Translations under genes and position numbers: made by a program | NCBI GenBank assembly: GCA_942493095.1 | Contig: OW818675.1 | Location: 2,130,001 to 2,162,000, forward strand | Direction of reading: 5' to 3' | DNA length: 32,000 bases | Source: Candidatus Electronema halotolerans | Lineage (GTDB): Bacteria > Desulfobacterota > Desulfobulbia > Desulfobulbales > Desulfobulbaceae | In this document: positions 28,472 through 32,000 of the stretch, in pieces | How the letters are laid out: each line of letters opens with the position of its first letter | How positions within the stretch are numbered: position 1 is the first letter of the stretch | The notes under the pieces: generated by a model | The model's input: only the letters and a program-made list of their open reading frames with translations | The model's database searches: none | What the model was told of the DNA's origin: nothing

Positions 28472-29665
28472 TCAGAGCCGGGACGAAGGAGATTCCTCCC
28501 GTTGGTCGGAATGACGGAGATATTTGTGGGCGTAGGCATAAATAAGCGCGTGACTCCACGGCCAGTATTTGTCCTGTCTCTCCAGTAGACCGTAATTAAC
28601 CAACTCATGCAACGCCTTGCGTGCCCTGTATTCATCGCCATCAAGATGAGCAGTTACCCGCTCATAGGTCAACCACGCACCTCCTCCCCACATAAAAGTA
28701 CCCCAATCGGCTTCACCCCATTTCACCGGCGTTCCCATCAATCCCAGCGCAAGTCGGGCATCATCACTGACCTGCCCTATGCTGCGCCGCAGAAGCAGGA
28801 CGGCATTCTCCTCCTCGTCCTCACCCAGCTCCTTGAACGGCTCCTGCTCCAGCCAGCGCAAGTAGTCTGCCGTATCTTCGCACATATTTCTGATATAGCA
28901 ACCGGCAATCCGCAGACCAACCGGCCAGCCGCCCAGTATCTTGCAGATGCCCTGTACGCTCTCGTCATCCGCCGCCGCACCGCTGTGCAGCCGGAAAACC
29001 TCTGCCGCAAACTGCTCCTCCAGCGGCCTGACCTGGAGCAGCTCGCCCCGCGCATCCGACCGCTTCCGGCTGGTGATCAGCACCCCGCAGCCGCCGCGCA
29101 CTTTGAGCAGAGCAGACAGGTCATCAGCCTCCTCTGCCCCGTCCAAAATCAGCAGCACCTGCTTGCCAGCCAGCAGACGGCGGGCCGCGTCCGGGCTGAC
29201 ATCCTGCTGCTGCTCGTCATAGCTGCGCACGACATGGGCAAGGGCCTCTTCAGCAGTATGCTTGCCATAAAAGGAGTAGAAGATGATGCCGTCCGGGAAG
29301 CGGTCAGGGGCTTCCTTGCCGGATGCCAGCGTCCAGACGGCCTGCGCTGCCAGAGCGGTCTTGCCCATGCCGCCCGGCCCGCAGAGCGTGACTGCCTTGC
29401 CCGGCTGGAGCAACGGCAGCAGCTCCTCCAGCACCGCATCCCTGCCCCGGAAGTGCTCGGCCAAAGGAGGCCGTTGCAGGGGAATGCCTTGGGCGGTGCG
29501 CGGGTAATGGTGGTGATGCTTTTCATAGCGGACATTGCCGGTTTGACTGAAGACGTTGCCGTTGCCCGTTACATGCTGTGTGTTGTTCTCCTGCTTGCCA
29601 ATGGCATTGTCTCCCTGAGCACTGTTCTGCTCGCCGCTGCCGGTGTTGGTGAAGGTGTCGCCCAT
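28472..29665 (-). CDS. STAND-class NB-ARC-like NTPase with a low-complexity Gly/Asn/Gln-rich N-terminus
   Basis: VTLCGPGGMGKTALAAQA (P-loop), KQVLLILDGAEEADDLSAL (Walker B), GVLITSRKR, GGWPVGLRIAG (GxP). N-terminus MGDTFTNTGSGEQNSAQGDNAIGKQENNTQHVTGNGNVFSQTGNV. Start taken at internal Met 29665. Confidence 0.85.
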   Translation of the reverse strand: MGDTFTNTGSGEQNSAQGDNAIGKQENNTQHVTGNGNVFSQTGNVRYEKHHHHYPRTAQGIPLQRPPLAEHFRGRDAVLEELLPLLQPGKAVTLCGPGGMGKTALAAQAVWTLASGKEAPDRFPDGIIFYSFYGKHTAEEALAHVVRSYDEQQQDVSPDAARRLLAGKQVLLILDGAEEADDLSALLKVRGGCGVLITSRKRSDARGELLQVRPLEEQFAAEVFRLHSGAAADDESVQGICKILGGWPVGLRIAGCYIRNMCEDTADYLRWLEQEPFKELGEDEEENAVLLLRRSIGQVSDDARLALGLMGTPVKWGEADWGTFMWGGGAWLTYERVTAHLDGDEYRARKALHELVNYGLLERQDKYWPWSHALIYAYAHKYLRHSDQREESPSSRL

Positions 29666-29775
29666 GTCTCCTCCATCAGGTTGAATGTGTTCAGCAATGC
29701 TCCCCAGCATACCCGAAGAGCAGCAGCTTGCGCACTGGAAATCTGCCGCCGGGCAAGGCAGGCGATATGCCCGGC

Positions 29776-29824
29776 AAAATGAGACCTCCGCCCTATTGTC
29801 CGGGCAGCATCATTCTGCTATGCT
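29776..29824 (+). promoter_or_regulatory. Conserved promoter/operator element 3, upstream of the RiPP precursor
   Basis: AAAATGAGACCTCCGCCCTATTGTCCGGGCAGC; -35 TTGTCC (29796-29801), 17-nt spacer, -10 TATGCT (29819-29824). Same internal spacings as elements 1 and 2. Confidence 0.7.
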
Positions 29825-29952
29825 TGCTTGAATTGGTAAATCCAGCGGTCCCCCACGGCACTGCCGCCGCTGGCCAATAAAACAGCTTACCCCGGCGGTC
29901 TGCAATTCCGCAGGCCGCTGCCTTTAAAACCTTTCAACACAAGGTGATTGAA

Positions 29953-30150
29953 ATGGCTGTACACGCAGAAGTTCTCAAGCCCGAAGCATCCTACAACGCT
30001 GCTCCTGATGCCTGCTGCCACGGCGGCGCTTATCAGGCTGCCCCCTGCGCCTGCTGTCATGGCGGCGCATACCAAGCTGCTCCTGATGCCTGCTGTCATG
30101 GCGGTGCCTATCAGGCTGCTCCGGCTGCCTGCTGCCACGGCGGCGAGTAA
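29953..30150 (+). CDS. Putative TOMM/RiPP precursor peptide with repeated CCHGG core
   Basis: MAVHAEVLKPEASYNAAPDACCHGGAYQAAPCACCHGGAYQAAPDACCHGGAYQAAPAACCHGGE (65 aa, 9 Cys). RBS-like AAGGTG lies just upstream. It directly precedes cyclodehydratase-partner and YcaO genes. Confidence 0.85.
   Translation: MAVHAEVLKPEASYNAAPDACCHGGAYQAAPCACCHGGAYQAAPDACCHGGAYQAAPAACCHGGE
30007..30147 (+). repeat. In-frame 39-nt (13-aa) tandem repeat, 3 full units plus 1 partial, inside the precursor gene
   Basis: Units at 30007-30045, 30046-30084, 30085-30123 and 30124-30147 (partial), encoding [D/C/A]ACCHGGAYQAAP. Confidence 0.92.
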
Positions 30151-30152
30151 TC

Positions 30153-30207
30153 GTTTCAGGTTGACCTGAAACAAGAAACGGGAGCCTGCCTGGAGCAGGT
30201 TCCCGTT
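30153..30207 (+). terminator. Two consecutive hairpins between precursor and biosynthetic genes (attenuator/processing candidate)
   Basis: GTTTCAGG-TTGA-CCTGAAAC (30153-30172), then AACGGGAGCCTGC-CTGGA-GCAGGTTCCCGTT (30177-30207; 13-bp stem with one non-Watson-Crick pair). No U-tract. Confidence 0.6.
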
Positions 30208-30376
30208 GCCAAAAAGAGGTGCGCAAAGATGCTGGCTGGCAGCAGAAGTTCTCAAGCCCGAGTCTTTGGCTGTACCGCATCCTGCGCCTGCCACCTCTGC
30301 CCCCGCAGAGAATGACAGGAGGCCATCTGACGATGGCCTGCACCTCTCCCCTCAGCATACTCCCCCCGAACTCATT

Positions 30377-31279
30377 ATGCAAAGCACTTTTTTGCAGCTG
30401 CGCCGCTGCCGCCGGATACCGGTGCAGGAAAATAAAGTCCTGCTCAAGTCGGCGGACAAGTCGCTGGCTCTTGCTGCGGACAATATTCATAACCTGCTGG
30501 ACAGCCTGCTGCCTCTGCTGAACGGAACCTCCACGGAAAAAGAAGTGCTGGCCGCTCTGGTGCCGGAACTGAAGGAGGATGCGGCAGAGGTGCTCCGGCT
30601 CTTGGGCAAGGAAGGCTTCTTGGAGACTGGCGCGGAACCGGCCAAGCAGCTGGCTCAGTCCCTGATTATCCTGATCAGCACTGGGCGGCTGGGTGAGACC
30701 ATGTCCCGGCATCTGCGTCAATCCGGTGCGGAGCAGGTCGAGGAGATCGATGCCGAGAGCGCGGCGGGCGGGCACCTGCCTGACTCGCTGCAACAGGCAG
30801 CTATGGTTGTAGTCTGCACCGACCTGCCAAGGCCCGACCTCTGCGAGGCAGTCAACAAGGCGGCCTTGACCCTCAAGCTGCCGTGGCTGCTGGTTCAGGC
30901 TGACGGCAGAGACGGCTGGGTTGGGCCGCTGTTCATTCCCGGCGAGACCGGCTGCTACGACTGCCTGCGCCAACGACTGCTCTCCTGTTCAGTCAGCCCG
31001 GAGATCGACCAAGCCATCCATGCTGCCGCCCTGCGCCAGCCCTTCACGGAGAGTCTGGAACTGCTGCCGCCCTTCCTTGACCTGCTGGCAGCAATGGCTG
31101 CGCTCGAAGCCATCCGCCACCTGAGCGCAGTCAGCCCGCCGCTCACTTACAAGACCCAGATTCTGCTTGACTGCATCAGCGGCATTTCCCGCCGCGATGT
31201 GCTGCATCGGATTCCCCGTTGCCCAAGCTGCTCAACCAGCAGCGAGCAGGTCTCCCCAATCCAGCCTTTCAGCGGGTGA
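30377..31279 (+). CDS. TOMM cyclodehydratase partner / E1-like leader-binding protein (SagC/ocin-ThiF-type)
   Basis: MQSTFLQLRRCRRIPVQENKVLLKSADKSLALA...LVQADGRDGWVGPLFIPGETGCYDCLRQRL...RCPSCS. The GP.F.PG.T.C..CL..R motif is diagnostic. The frame is open back to 30206. Confidence 0.8.
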   Translation: MQSTFLQLRRCRRIPVQENKVLLKSADKSLALAADNIHNLLDSLLPLLNGTSTEKEVLAALVPELKEDAAEVLRLLGKEGFLETGAEPAKQLAQSLIILISTGRLGETMSRHLRQSGAEQVEEIDAESAAGGHLPDSLQQAAMVVVCTDLPRPDLCEAVNKAALTLKLPWLLVQADGRDGWVGPLFIPGETGCYDCLRQRLLSCSVSPEIDQAIHAAALRQPFTESLELLPPFLDLLAAMAALEAIRHLSAVSPPLTYKTQILLDCISGISRRDVLHRIPRCPSCSTSSEQVSPIQPFSG

Positions 31280-31284
31280 CTGCC

Positions 31285-32000
31285 ATGATGAGCGATTTGC
31301 AGATTGCCCCGTGGCAGCGCGGGCAGGAAACGATCTTGGATGCGTTTGTCAGCTCCCGCTTGGGGCCGGTGAAGAAGCTGCAGGAGCTGACCCGCGAGCC
31401 GGACGCGCCGGATATCTTCAGCTATGTGTCCGAGGTCTGCGACCGGACTCAGTTCCATTTTCAGCAGGGCGGCAAGGTCAGCACCGGCATTGGCATCACC
31501 CGCTTTCATGCCCGCACTGCCGCCATCGGTGAATGCTTGGAACGCTACGCGGCCAGCATGTATGACCGGGACAAGGATGTCATCCTCGCCACCTGGAAGG
31601 AAATGATTGGGCAGGGGTTGCGGACTGCCCACCCGGAGGACTTCGGCCTTTACTCGGAAGCCCAGTATCAACGGCATACGTATCTCAACCGCTTCACTGA
31701 GAACACCCGCATTGGCTGGGCCAAGGCCGTCTGCCTGACTGACAGCAATGCGGAGGTCTGGCTGCCTGCCGCCTTCGTCTTTCTGCCCTATCAGTACATG
31801 GCAGGCGAGACCCAAATCTCTTCGCAAATCTCCACTGGCCTGTCCGCCGCATTTGACTTGGACACGGCTGTCATGGGCGGCATCTGTGAGATTGTGGAGC
31901 GGGAAGCGGTGATGCTGACCTGGCTCCACCGCCTGCCCTGCCCAGAGCTGCGCTTCAGCCCGGACTGCTGGTTCAGCGAAGTGTTCCAGCAACGCTTTGC
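31285..32000 (+). CDS. YcaO-domain cyclodehydratase, N-terminal part (truncated by window edge)
   Basis: Own translation: STGIGITRFHARTAAIGECLERYAASMYDRD...VWLPAAFVFLPYQ...QISSQISTGLSAAFDLDTAVMGGICEIVEREAVMLTWLHRLPCPEL. Matches YcaO ATP-binding motifs (xxExxER, E..ER..). Not in the supplied track because it runs off the edge. Confidence 0.88.
   Translation, partial: MMSDLQIAPWQRGQETILDAFVSSRLGPVKKLQELTREPDAPDIFSYVSEVCDRTQFHFQQGGKVSTGIGITRFHARTAAIGECLERYAASMYDRDKDVILATWKEMIGQGLRTAHPEDFGLYSEAQYQRHTYLNRFTENTRIGWAKAVCLTDSNAEVWLPAAFVFLPYQYMAGETQISSQISTGLSAAFDLDTAVMGGICEIVEREAVMLTWLHRLPCPELRFSPDCWFSEVFQQRF

Noticed and set aside
28030-28644. 204-aa minus-strand ORF over the palindrome cluster
   Set aside because: Its sequence consists of repeated translations of the hairpin region (CTLEVS.., CTLVQP..). 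It is better explained as non-coding repeats than as a Cys-rich RiPP precursor, with no convincing RBS or leader seen.
30007-30147. Regularly repeated 39-nt units considered as a CRISPR-like or VNTR array
   Set aside because: Units are contiguous with no spacers, perfectly in frame and preceded by an RBS and leader, so they are a coding tandem repeat.
29953-30150. Considered as a metallothionein rather than a RiPP precursor
   Set aside because: Cys/His content alone would allow it, but adjacency to cyclodehydratase partner and YcaO genes and the repeat of the leader string favour a TOMM precursor. It stays an alternative until modification is shown.
29975-31992. Minus-strand ORFs 29975-30973 and 31147-31992 across the RiPP locus
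   Set aside because: They are antisense to the precursor, cyclodehydratase partner and YcaO frames, all of which carry family motifs. The minus frames carry none.

Overview
This 32 kb window looks like a Desulfobulbaceae-like (GC-rich) chromosome; the lineage is only an inference from gene content and style. Its right end appears to hold a RiPP/TOMM biosynthetic locus: a 65-aa precursor with a 13-aa repeat (xACCHGGAYQAAP), an E1-like cyclodehydratase partner, and the N-terminal part of a YcaO protein cut by the window edge. Three near-identical promoter/operator elements (AAAATGAG-N12-TTGTCCGGGC[AG]GC, then a -10 after a 17-nt spacer) lie upstream of (a) an ABC permease and ATPase, (b) a second ABC permease and a TonB-dependent receptor, and (c) the RiPP precursor. 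This suggests one co-regulated system linking a ribosomal peptide product with outer- and inner-membrane import, possibly metallophore-like. Other notable loci are a STAND/NB-ARC NTPase with a Gly/Asn/Gln-rich N-terminal segment that may be an amyloid-signalling motif; an ATP-grasp/P1-peptidase (DmpA-type) fusion coupled to a histone-deacetylase-like hydrolase and inserted in a ketosynthase/ACP/FAD-oxidoreductase neighbourhood; and an AT-rich, translationally coupled two-gene module of unknown function. Housekeeping genes include alaS, queH, folC, minC and thrC. Several hairpin-rich intergenic repeats are also present. No rRNA, tRNA or CRISPR array was recognised.
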